DNA from: a virus
Direction: 5' to 3' (one strand)
IMG/VR virus record: IMGVR_UViG_3300031419_000579
DNA length: 64,000 bases
Position 1 is the first letter of the stretch; each line of letters begins with the position of its first letter. Positions 8,763 to 16,892 of this stretch are shown here, one piece after another. The notes below the pieces were generated by a model. It was not told the DNA's origin, ran no database searches, and saw only the letters and a program-made list of their open reading frames with translations. A program made the translations under genes and the position numbers.

Positions 8763-9588
8763 TATTACCATTGTTTTTTGTGAAGGCGGGCATGATATTG
8801 CCTTCTTAACTAGGCTGCTAATGTGGTCTGGGTTTGAGGACTATGATAAAAGAGTTGAAAAATTCCTTCCTCCTTTTAATACCCTTTTTTCCAATGAATT
8901 AAAAAAAATAAATCTCTCGGAAAGAAAACCAGGATTTGTAGGCGCATCTCACCGAGTCCCTTCAGCAGCTTTTACAAAGAATGACAATCTTGTCTTCATA
9001 CATAATTTAAATGGAGACGGTAAAGAACGTGAACGAAGGGAAGTTTTTGAAATATATAAAAAAATAAGAGGCGCCGATTCTTTTTCATCAAAATTTAACT
9101 TTAGTTATAAATTCTTATATTTTTTTGATGCGGATGATGTCGGCATAAATGTTCGCTTACAACACGTTTCTCAAGAGATAGGGTTAAATAATAACCTTAT
9201 AAATGGAAAATTGAAGCGACACGAAGGGGATACATATGGGGCTTATATTTATCATGACGCGGGAAATGGTTTAGATACAGGGGTTTTAGAAGATATTATA
9301 TCTGATCTTGTCAAGGCAAGGCATAGCGATATATTCCATGCTGCGACTCATTATCTTGCATCTAATGCCCTACCTTCTCAGCGTTGTTGTGAGTTGAGAA
9401 TTCGTAACGGACAAGAAACTTACGGGGCTGCAAATAAATTTAAAATCAAAAAATCAATAATAAGCACAATGGGTCAACTCCAGTTTTCTGGTTCCAGTAA
9501 CATTGTAGTAATCAAAAACTCTGATTTTTTTAAGTCAAACGACATAGCATCTTCGCAAGTTTGCAATGACATAGTTAATATGTTTTGA
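8755..9588 (+). CDS. TOPRIM-like protein (DUF3226/DUF4435-like), partner of the ATPase (277 aa)
   Basis: IVFCEGGHD (conserved Glu), FFDADD (DxD), TGVLEDII motif; overlaps upstream stop by 8 nt. Confidence 0.75.
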   Translation: MNNITIVFCEGGHDIAFLTRLLMWSGFEDYDKRVEKFLPPFNTLFSNELKKINLSERKPGFVGASHRVPSAAFTKNDNLVFIHNLNGDGKERERREVFEIYKKIRGADSFSSKFNFSYKFLYFFDADDVGINVRLQHVSQEIGLNNNLINGKLKRHEGDTYGAYIYHDAGNGLDTGVLEDIISDLVKARHSDIFHAATHYLASNALPSQRCCELRIRNGQETYGAANKFKIKKSIISTMGQLQFSGSSNIVVIKNSDFFKSNDIASSQVCNDIVNMF

Positions 9589-9592
9589 TTAA

Positions 9593-9621
9593 TCGCACCT
9601 TCATTTATTTTGAGGGTGCGA
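9593..9621. terminator. Hairpin between convergent cargo and portal genes
   Basis: TCGCACCTTCA-tttattt-TGAGGGTGCGA. Confidence 0.65.
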
Positions 9622-9634
9622 ACCATCTTAATTT

Positions 9635-10655
9635 TTATAAAGAATACTCACTAAAACTTAACACTTCAATGTTTAACCAATAGTTCATCTCCTTCATCCG
9701 CTCCTGCAGTGGCGTCAGCTCATTCCTAACAAACACCTCCGCCGCTTTGATCGCATCCCCAAAGCCACCCGAGTTATCAGGAATAATCCCCATCATCTGT
9801 GGCGGCACGCGATGCGCACTCAGTAAATCGTCGCGGCTAGCCTTCTTAATATTAAAGAAATCATCCTTAGTCGCCACCTCACTCAATGGGACGATCTTAA
9901 TCCCATCCGGCTTACCATTCGGCGCATACATAAACAGATTGCGAAAGTTTCCCAGCCCTTTAGTATCACGCATCGCCTCACGCATACGGTCGATATCGGT
10001 ACTGCTTTGCGCCGCATCGGTCATATACAGGATGTAACCGGCGTGCGCGCCGTTCTGGTAATACTTACGGCGGAACAACGTCGCCGCCTCATTCAGCCAG
10101 GCAGAATTAAGCGCGCTGAGATATTCCGGCAGGCCGTACAGCTCCTGGTTAATATCAGGCTCAACAAGATGGAACACGCTACCCGGCTCAAAGCGATGCG
10201 CCTCTTTCCAGTTCTGCACAAACCAGTAAACGCCCTCTTCTACTCCGCGCCGGGTGTATTTCGCCGGAACACACTCCAGCCGCATCGGCTCACCGAGCGC
10301 ATTCTTACGCAGCTCCAGAAAAGCATTACCAAATACCAGATAATCCAGCGCAAATTTACTGAACTCCTGCTGACTCAGCATCGGATGCGGGATAAAGGTC
10401 GAGGCCAGAATATTGCGCTTCACATAAATTGGCGAGCTGTGATGCACCGCCGAGCAGGCTGCGCGCCAGCCCGTCAAAGCTGACCGGTGGCTCATACCAG
10501 CGGCCATTGTGGATGCACTCGGCGTAATCCAGAATTTCCCGCTTATCGAGTACCGGCGTGGCGTCGCCAAAGCTGAACGCCTGCGCGGCTGCCGCTGGCT
10601 GCTGTACCGGCTCGTTTTTGGTGGCGAATGCCTTGCGGCCTCTGCGCTTGCTCAT
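9635..10655 (-). pseudogene. Q: P2 portal gpQ with frameshift near 10455-10462
   Basis: N-term MSKRRGRK...AFSFGDATPVLDKREILDY...WYEPPVSFDGLARSL in one frame; AVHHSSPIYVKRNIL...FRRKYYQNGAHAG in another. Confidence 0.9.
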
Positions 10656-11224
10656 TAGTAAAACTCCACAAAGTTAGGACCCATTCCACCGTTAGCGGCG
10701 GTCAGCGGTTCGTTAAGTAAGGCGTGCATAATCGCTCAGGCGACGTCGGCGTGGCTGGCGTCCTCGCTGCGGCTGGCTTCACAGGTGGAACGGTTGCCGC
10801 TGGCGGTCATGGTTTTGCGGATCGCCATAAACGACTGCGTGATATCGGTGTGGCCTGCGTCATACTCCAGGCGGCCGCTGCCAATGGTGTCTTTCACCTT
10901 CAGCACCATCGCGGTTTTGATTTCCGGGGTGTAACGGATTTCACGCGCCGCCGGGAAGAACTGCCGCACCAGTTGAAATACGCCCTGGCCGATGCCGGTG
11001 GCGTCCACGCCGATATATTCGGTGTGATACTTCTCGGTCAGCTGTTTAATCGACTGCGCCTGTGCGGCAAAGTCCATGCCGCGCCACTGGTAGCGCTCCA
11101 GCACGCGGAACTTGCCACCGGCCACCACCGGCGGCGCGAGCACCGCACAACCAGCGCTGTCGCCGGTGTGTGACGGGTCATAACCGATCCATACCGGGCG
11201 ATAGTCAAATGGCCGCAGCGCATA
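10655..11224 (-). pseudogene. P: 3' remnant of P2 terminase ATPase subunit gpP, with TGA at 10736-10738
   Basis: RPVWIGYDPSHTGDSAGC...GVDATGIGQGV...SHADVA*AIMHALLNEPL; stop overlaps Q start. Confidence 0.9.
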
Positions 11225-11630
11225 ACCGAACACGTTTACCACAGAGCTGTAGATATCGCTGCAAACGCCAGATCACTCTTTAACGTCCTCCAGCAGAGAG
11301 CCATGATGCCATGAAAAGGCGTTTTTTATCCCGCCTCTCATCTGCCACATCCATCGCGCCGAGGCACTGCCCGGTTGGCGTAATTCCCAGTTTGGTATGA
11401 GCGTCGACCGCTGAGCGAACCCATTCATTCAGGAGCAGCAAATCCTCAGCCGATGCTGAGTAATTGAGGTCGAGTTCCTGCGCCACCATCACGGGATTAT
11501 CGATTTTGGCGCACTCTTTCTGGTACCAGGCGTCGTCCTTACGCGGATCGCTTCGCCAGTGGAACGTAAACACCGGAATGCGCCCGCCGTGGCGTTTCTG
11601 CGCGAAAGGGTTAGCCATGCCGTTGACAGA
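11225..11630 (-). pseudogene. terL: Internal fragment of a non-P2 (lambdoid/P22-like) terminase large subunit
   Basis: [15 protein letters not shown]...[11 protein letters not shown]...[12 protein letters not shown]...LGAMDVADE, then frameshift to [10 protein letters not shown]...E*SGVCSDIYSSV. Confidence 0.8.
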
Positions 11631-11680
11631 TGACCAGATGACCAGATGACCAGATGACCAGATGACCAGATGACCAGATG
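11627..11680. repeat. 8-bp tandem repeat (CAGATGAC) x6 plus a 6-nt partial copy
   Basis: Read directly; all full units perfect. Confidence 0.97.
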
Positions 11681-11752
11681 CGAGATTTTCGGCAATTATC
11701 GTACTGACGAAATCAAGGTATTGTCTCATTGAATAAAACGACCTGATATCCA

Positions 11753-11970
11753 CTCTAAAACTAGAAATCCGTGAGTTGTTACAGTGAGCCAGAAAAGAAG
11801 CCTTAATCTTAATCGGCCGAGGCTTTTTTATTGCTGTTTGCCAGCTAGCAACTACAATTAGAAAAGTAGCAGCTCAATGCGCCGCCCGTTCGATGGATTG
11901 TTAGATAATCAATGATGATAAACAGGCGCACCATATTTCGAGGCTCCGCAATTGCGGGGCCTTTTTTAAT
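11753..11970 (+). repeat. Late-promoter leader region, diverged inverted-orientation copy of 44821-45038
   Basis: Shares CTAGAAATCCG, GGCTTTTTTATTGCTGTTT, CAATGCGCCGCCCGTTCGATGGA, AGATAATCAATGATGATAAACAGGCGCACCATATT and GGCTCCGC.ATTGCGGGGCC with the reverse complement of 44821-45038. Confidence 0.9.
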
Positions 11971-12039
11971 AAGAATTTAAAGGTCACCGTCCTCGACTGC
12001 AGAGTTTTGAGGTAAAATTGCCCGCTCCACAGAGGAATT

Positions 12040-12414
12040 ATGAAAACTTTAGCTGCAATACTTCTGCTTGCATCCAACTACTCTATCGCCGCGGTTGATA
12101 ATCCTGAAAAATCAGCGGAGGATTTATGCGAGATGGAATGGAGAATCACAGACCGCTCTGGCTCAACGACAATGGATATTCCCCAGATTGTCGATGAAGA
12201 AGTAGCTGCTTTTAAGGCATCTGGATATTCACTGTCTGATTTTTCTATAGATGAGAAGGATTTCGTGAAAGTGTCCACTGATGGTGCTTTAAGTTTCAGG
12301 AAAATGTTGGGACAAATGTCGACCCCCTATGCTGAAGCAAGAAATTTCTTCAGGGAGCAGATGGTGCCTATATGCACTAAAAATGTTCTGGAAAGCATGC
12401 CTAAGAAGCATTGA
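12040..12414 (+). CDS. Putative secreted protein (moron between late leader and holin)
   Basis: GAGGA RBS, signal-peptide-like MKTLAAILLLASNYSIA, two Cys, downstream terminator hairpin ~12437-12463. Confidence 0.7.
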   Translation: MKTLAAILLLASNYSIAAVDNPEKSAEDLCEMEWRITDRSGSTTMDIPQIVDEEVAAFKASGYSLSDFSIDEKDFVKVSTDGALSFRKMLGQMSTPYAEARNFFREQMVPICTKNVLESMPKKH

Positions 12415-12512
12415 ATCTTAAAACTAATCGGATTCAAAGGTCGCCATCCGGCGGCCTTTTTTATTTCCCCTTTTTTCAGCACACAGCGCCTAAGCAGAGC
12501 CGGAGGTGGGGC

Positions 12513-12727
12513 ATGTATCGAATGGACAAACTAACGACAGGTATTTCCCATTGTGCGTCAGCCGGTATGCTGGCCATCGGAAGGGGGCCTGCGCGGATAT
12601 AAAACGCTGGGTGAATGACTGTGGCCGCGACTGCCGGTTAACCAAAAGACAAGCGAATGGCAGTTACGGTCAGGTCGAGCGCCGGAATCAGGAATCAGAG
12701 TTAACCTGCTGGGAGCTGGATCAATGA
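12513..12727 (+). pseudogene. Deletion fusion of phage-21-type holin 5' end and lysozyme 3' end
   Basis: MYRMDKLTTGIS (holin start) joined to ACADIKRWVNDCGRDC...YGQVERRNQESELTCW (endolysin C-term). Confidence 0.8.
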
Positions 12728-13173
12728 TGTGGCAGGCAAATAACTGGCGCAATCTGATTTGGTTCGCTCTGGTGCTCTGCGTTGTGCAGCTGGCTTATTC
12801 AACCAGAGATTATCAAGACAGGGCAAATAAAGCTGCGAGTTATTTGAAATCAGCAATATAGACCCTCACTGAAATGCAGACACGCCAACGCGATGTTGCT
12901 GCACTGTATGCCAAATACATCGGAGAACTGGCCAATGCGGAATCTAAGCTTGATGCTCTTGAGCAATGCGTTAGTTCTAATAAGTGCGAGTTGCGCATCA
13001 ACGCCACCTGGCCCAAGCCATCCACCAGCACCATCAGCCTGGATGATGACGCCAGCGCCAGACTTACTGACGCCGCTCAACGGGATTATTTCACTCTTAA
13101 AAAGCCAATCGTCATCATCACCACACAACTAACTGGGCTGCAGCAGTACATTAAAGAACAGTGTCTGAATTAG
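12724..13173 (+). pseudogene. Rz: Rz i-spanin with TAG at 12859-12861
   Basis: N-terminal TM, RQRDVAAL..KY..ELA, LRINAT, QQYIKEQCL; near-paralog of 43312-43785. Confidence 0.85.
12935..13132 (+). CDS. Rz1: Rz1 o-spanin embedded in +1 frame of Rz (probably degenerate)
   Basis: Lipobox-like SASC, Pro-rich PPAPSAWMMTPAPDLLTPLNGIIS. Confidence 0.65.
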   Translation: MRNLSLMLLSNALVLISASCASTPPGPSHPPAPSAWMMTPAPDLLTPLNGIISLLKSQSSSSPHN

Positions 13174-13795
13174 TGTTCGAAAGACTAAACTCAAGGTGTG
13201 TATGAAGCTGGTAAAAGCCCAAGCATTTACCAATAGTTTTCCGAATTAAAGAAGAAACTAATATTATAAGCTTGACTCTGTTGGGGGTTTCATGAGCCTT
13301 GAATTCATAGCTTCCCTTGCTTATACCGTCTGAATCAAAAAGCTCTAAGCTTTCTTCATTAAGAGATAAATCAACATCATTATCTATATTCCTGATAAGG
13401 TCAGCTAACGAGGTAATAAAACTTTTTTCGATAAAATCAGTGTGTATGTTGTGCGCAAGACCGTTTCTCAGAGAGTTAAATTTATCAAGCACTCTGAAAG
13501 ATGGTGTAGGCAGGCCAAGTTTTGACGCTAGTTCGAGCTTTTTGAAATAACTTAGTTTGAATGGTCTTCCTTCTTTCGAAGTGGAGTCAAACAGGTTTTC
13601 CTTCCCAATTGCTGAACAAATGAACGCTTCAAGAAAGTTTTCTGTAATTAGGTGTAGCCTCAGTACTACACCAATGTCATCTTTGCTTTCAGTTGATGCT
13701 ATCAATGCATTGCGTACTGATTTGTTGTCGAAGAGTTTAATAAAAATAAAGTTATTCATAATGTCCCGGTAAGCAGGTAATTGAATGGCACTCAC
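13151..13795 (-). CDS. HEPN-like protein (MtlR/Abi-type helical fold); true start may be ATG at 13759
   Basis: LRLHLITENFLEAFI...KKLELASKLGL...NSLRNGLAH with RxxxxH motif; AT-rich; convergent with Rz. Confidence 0.65.
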   Translation of the reverse strand: MSAIQLPAYRDIMNNFIFIKLFDNKSVRNALIASTESKDDIGVVLRLHLITENFLEAFICSAIGKENLFDSTSKEGRPFKLSYFKKLELASKLGLPTPSFRVLDKFNSLRNGLAHNIHTDFIEKSFITSLADLIRNIDNDVDLSLNEESLELFDSDGISKGSYEFKAHETPNRVKLIILVSSLIRKTIGKCLGFYQLHTHLEFSLSNTNSDTVL

Positions 13796-14135
13796 CGACA
13801 GATAAAATATTTTTTGTAGCGAGTACCTTACTTGACTTGAATGCCACGCAAGCGTCCATCAGAGCAGGGTACAGTGATAAAAGCACAAACCGTACAACAT
13901 CTGAAAACCTGACATCCTAAAAAGGATCGCCGATCTCACTGCAGATCGCAACGAGCAGTTAAACATTTTTGCTGCCTATGTGCTGCGTCATCTGGCAGAA
14001 ATCTATTAAGTCGATGCGCCTGAAACTGCTTGTGATGGACTATTGTTAAAATCGATAACCAAATGCCTGCCTCATATTGCTGCTATATCGCGGGCTTTGA
14101 CATAGCTGGAATGTTTGAAAGCATAGTGGATAGAA
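13785..14135 (+). pseudogene. terS: Degenerate terminase small subunit (not in ORF track)
   Basis: Across frames: MALTDR*..FCSEYL..DLNATQASIRAGYSDKSTNRTTSENL..PDILKRIADL...YVLRHLAEI...YIAGFDIAGMFE. Confidence 0.75.
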
Positions 14136-14139
14136 CTCG

Positions 14140-14580
14140 GAAGATGTCACGCGGATGCTTTTCAGCGATGTCAGGGATAATCGAGTATTTATCACTCAGA
14201 GCAAAACCAGCCATAAGCTGGCCATACCTTTAAACCTTGAGCTGAAAGCGTTGGGGTTGTTACTTGAAGCAGTTATCGATTTATGCCGACGGGATAATCC
14301 GTCAGATTATATGATCTATTCAGCCGTAAGGCGCGGGGGCAAAAAGCCAGGCCCTGTTACGCCGGTTGCTTTAACCCAGGCTTTTGCTGAAGCACGAGAA
14401 TTGAGCGGTATTAAGTTCGGTGAAAATCCACCGACATTTCATGAAATACGCAGCCTGGCAAGTCGATTGTTCGAAGCCGAGAATGGCGAGGATTTCGCGC
14501 AGAAATTACTGGGACACAAAAACCTGTCAATGACCAAAAAGTATCTGGATTCTCGCGGGCAAGAATACATGATGGTTTAG
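14140..14580 (+). pseudogene. int: 3' fragment of lambda-type tyrosine integrase
   Basis: QSKT, TFHEIRSLASR (HxxR), LLGHK, TKKYLD; first catalytic Arg region and N-terminal domains missing. Confidence 0.9.
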
Positions 14581-14657
14581 ACTGGATATTGGAAATTCGA
14601 ACATATTTCGGATAATTTCGGGCTAAACCCTAATAGAAGCAGATGAATCAATAACTT

Positions 14658-14683
14658 AAAAAAAGACCGAATACGATTCCTGT
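14658..14683. other. att core: partial copy of the 3' end/terminator arm of SdsR (RyeB) sRNA
   Basis: Reverse complement ACAGGAATCGTATTCGGTCTTTTTTT matches the SdsR 3' end as I recall it; lies 78 bp after int; only one arm of the terminator stem is present. Confidence 0.72.
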
Positions 14684-14832
14684 TTACGATTCATTGGGAT
14701 ATTTCTGTTATTTATCATGAAGATAGATAACAAAAACACCTCTTTTATAGGTTGCAACACTTACCATTACAGCCTTTGTAGATCAAACAGTTACCATCTT
14801 TTTCGGATCTGGTTCGGACAAATTTCGATACG

Positions 14833-15156
14833 TCATATCGTCGGCCTGTCATCCTCACTCAGCCGCATGATAATCGATGTCACCACGCCCAGCACTGTCA
14901 CCTCTTCCATAGCCTCACCTTCATACGCTTCACCGTCCGGTGTGATAATGCTTTGCCCCATGAGCTTCCCTATCTGCGACTCCCCGAATATTTCAAACGC
15001 CAGGGTACTGCCCTGCTTCGGCTTCATGCTGCGGTCGATAACATAAAACTGGTCGTCATCATCCAGAATCATCGTTGCAGACGGGTGGCTGACCAGAAGC
15101 TCATTCAGGTCAAGCCGCTTTTCGATGTAATCGTTAGCCGGTGATGGAAATCCCAT
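14833..15156 (-). CDS. UmuD'-like (HumD-like) protein lacking the catalytic GDSM segment
   Basis: Starts M-GFPSPANDYIEKRLDLNELLVSHPSAT, i.e. at the UmuD cleavage site. Confidence 0.75.
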   Translation of the reverse strand: MGFPSPANDYIEKRLDLNELLVSHPSATMILDDDDQFYVIDRSMKPKQGSTLAFEIFGESQIGKLMGQSIITPDGEAYEGEAMEEVTVLGVVTSIIMRLSEDDRPTI

Positions 15157-15158
15157 AG

Positions 15159-15398
15159 TTACCTCACGTATCCCATGTTCATCATGTAGAAAGTTTTGTC
15201 GTCTCCGTCGCGGCAGCCATCATCTCGAAAGAACGTCTGGTAGCGTCCTATCCATTGATTGGCCTGCTCACGCGTCCAGATGTGGTTGCGCTTGCTTAGC
15301 TCACGGACAAAGTCAGATGTGGTGACAACCCTACCCAATTTCGGATGCAATTTGATGCTGGCCGTGAAAGCCGCGTCGATTTCGTATCGTCTTGCCAT
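15159..15398 (-). CDS. Small conserved phage protein co-transcribed with the UmuD'-like gene
   Basis: 79-aa ORF directly downstream of LexA box; stop 2 nt from next start. Confidence 0.7.
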   Translation of the reverse strand: MARRYEIDAAFTASIKLHPKLGRVVTTSDFVRELSKRNHIWTREQANQWIGRYQTFFRDDGCRDGDDKTFYMMNMGYVR

Positions 15399-15417
15399 GA
15401 ATGATTAGCCTGATAAT

Positions 15418-15437
15418 TACTGTATGCACATACAGTA
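15418..15437. promoter_or_regulatory. LexA (SOS) box
   Basis: TACTGTATGCACATACAGTA, near-perfect palindrome. Confidence 0.9.
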
Positions 15438-15606
15438 TTATTGATCGGTAGGATTGATCAAGTGACTAAAGGACAGGTTTATGTAGAGCGTTGAACTGTA
15501 GCTAAATTTCTTTTTTACGCGCCGACTTTGACAATTCATTACGAAAACTTGCCATTGTCTTAACGTAATGCCAAGATCGGAAAACTCTCACTGTAAACAC
15601 GGTTTT

Positions 15607-15966
15607 ATGCTCAGAACATTTAAGAAATACGTCTCGGTAGGCGTGGTAAATACATGTATTCATTGGGCTATGTTTGCGTTGATGCTCTACGGCGGTGCGA
15701 GTCAAGCGCTTGCTAATTTCAGCGCATTTTGTGTAGCTGTAACATTCTCTTTTTTTGCTAATGCGCGCTGGACGTTTAACTCTGAAGCCACCACCCTTCG
15801 ATATATGATTTACGTATTGTTCATGGGTTCGCTGGCATCCGTTGTTGGATGGGCTGCTGATAGGTGTCAGCTTCACCCTGGTGTCACATTGGTGTTGTTC
15901 TCTGCGATTAGCCTGATATGCGGTTTTTTATATTCTAAATTTATAGTGTTCAAGGAAGTCAAATGA
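15607..15966 (+). CDS. gtrA: Bactoprenol-glucose translocase GtrA (119 aa)
   Basis: [16 protein letters not shown]...[25 protein letters not shown]. Confidence 0.93.
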   Translation: MLRTFKKYVSVGVVNTCIHWAMFALMLYGGASQALANFSAFCVAVTFSFFANARWTFNSEATTLRYMIYVLFMGSLASVVGWAADRCQLHPGVTLVLFSAISLICGFLYSKFIVFKEVK

Positions 15967-16892
15967 AGGTCTCACTGGTTGTCCCTGTTTTTAATGAAGA
16001 GGACGCGATACCGATTTTTTACAGAACTGTTCGAGAATTTGAAGACTTAAAGCAGCACGAGATTGAAATAGTCTTCATCAATGATGGCAGCACAGATGCG
16101 ACAGAATCGATCATTAATGCCCTTGCAGTTTCCGACCCGCGTATTGTGTCAATATCTTTCACGCGTAATTTCGGTAAAGAACCAGCGCTGTTTGCCGGAC
16201 TTGATAATGCAACCGGCGATGCCGTTATTCCTATTGATGTCGATCTGCAGGACCCAATAGATGTCATACCTCGCCTTATTGAGAAGTGGCAAGCAGGCGC
16301 TGATATGGTACTTGCTAAGAGAACCGACCGTTCAACTGATGGACATCTCAAGCGCAAGTCCGCTGAAATGTTCTATAAGTTGCACAACAAAATTAGCCAT
16401 CCAAAAATTGAAGAGAACGTTGGTGACTTTCGCCTGATGTCACGTGAGATTGTTGAGCACATCAAGCAACTTCCTGAGCGAAACCTTTTTATGAAAGGAG
16501 TTCTGAGCTGGGTTGGCGGGAATGTTGATATTGTCGAATATACCCGCGCCGAGCGCGTTGCCGGAAGTACAAAGTTCAACGGGTGGAAGTTATGGAATCT
16601 GGCGCTTGAGGGCATCACCAGCTTCTCAACATTTCCACTACGCATGTGGACGTATATTGGGTTGTTCGTTGCTAGCCTGTCATTTCTTTACGGCGCTTGG
16701 ATGATTCTGGATAAAGTCATGTTTGGCAACAGCGTTCCCGGATATCCATCATTGCTGGTATCTATCCTTTTCCTAGGTGGAATTCAACTTATAGGTATTG
16801 GGGTTCTTGGTGAGTACATCGGGAGAATTTATGTCGAGGTCAAGAAAAGACCAAAGTATGTATTGAAGGAAGAAAAGCATGTTAAAAATTAA
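15963..16892 (+). CDS. gtrB: Bactoprenol glucosyltransferase GtrB
   Basis: [41 protein letters not shown], two C-terminal TMs. Confidence 0.96.
   Translation: MKVSLVVPVFNEEDAIPIFYRTVREFEDLKQHEIEIVFINDGSTDATESIINALAVSDPRIVSISFTRNFGKEPALFAGLDNATGDAVIPIDVDLQDPIDVIPRLIEKWQAGADMVLAKRTDRSTDGHLKRKSAEMFYKLHNKISHPKIEENVGDFRLMSREIVEHIKQLPERNLFMKGVLSWVGGNVDIVEYTRAERVAGSTKFNGWKLWNLALEGITSFSTFPLRMWTYIGLFVASLSFLYGAWMILDKVMFGNSVPGYPSLLVSILFLGGIQLIGIGVLGEYIGRIYVEVKKRPKYVLKEEKHVKN

Larger units (their letters stand above)
1..11224. mobile_element. Defective P2/186-like (Peduoviridae) prophage; left end outside window
   Basis: Gene order cI<- cox-> cII-> fil ... A-> cos [cargo] <-Q <-P matches coliphage 186/P2; 186-type cos and ori motifs present; lesions in A, Q, P. 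Confidence 0.93.
11225..14683. mobile_element. Rearranged lambdoid prophage remnant ending at an att core
   Basis: terL fragment (-), late leader, lysis remnants and terS pseudogene (+), integrase 3' end (+), att core. Confidence 0.85.

Noticed and set aside
11627-11680. CRISPR-like array
   Set aside because: 8-bp units with no spacers and no cas genes; it is a microsatellite.
11280-11753. 157-aa ORF with SSGHLVIW repeats as a real repeat protein
   Set aside because: The peptide repeat is the translated VNTR joined to a terL fragment.
3235-12861. Stop-codon read-through or genetic-code reassignment explaining the in-frame stops
   Set aside because: Stops are of all three types (TAA, TGA, TAG) and co-occur with frameshifts and deletions; the intact prophage uses standard stops. 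Ordinary decay fits better.
14717-15046. 109-aa plus-strand ORF
   Set aside because: Antisense shadow of the UmuD'-like gene; no recognisable motifs.
15443-15459. Dam/OxyR phase-variation switch for gtr (GATC-N9-GATC)
   Set aside because: Only one GATC pair, ~150 bp upstream of gtrA and inside the divergent SOS promoter; the P22-type switch has two pairs next to the gtr promoter. Not supportable, though not excluded.
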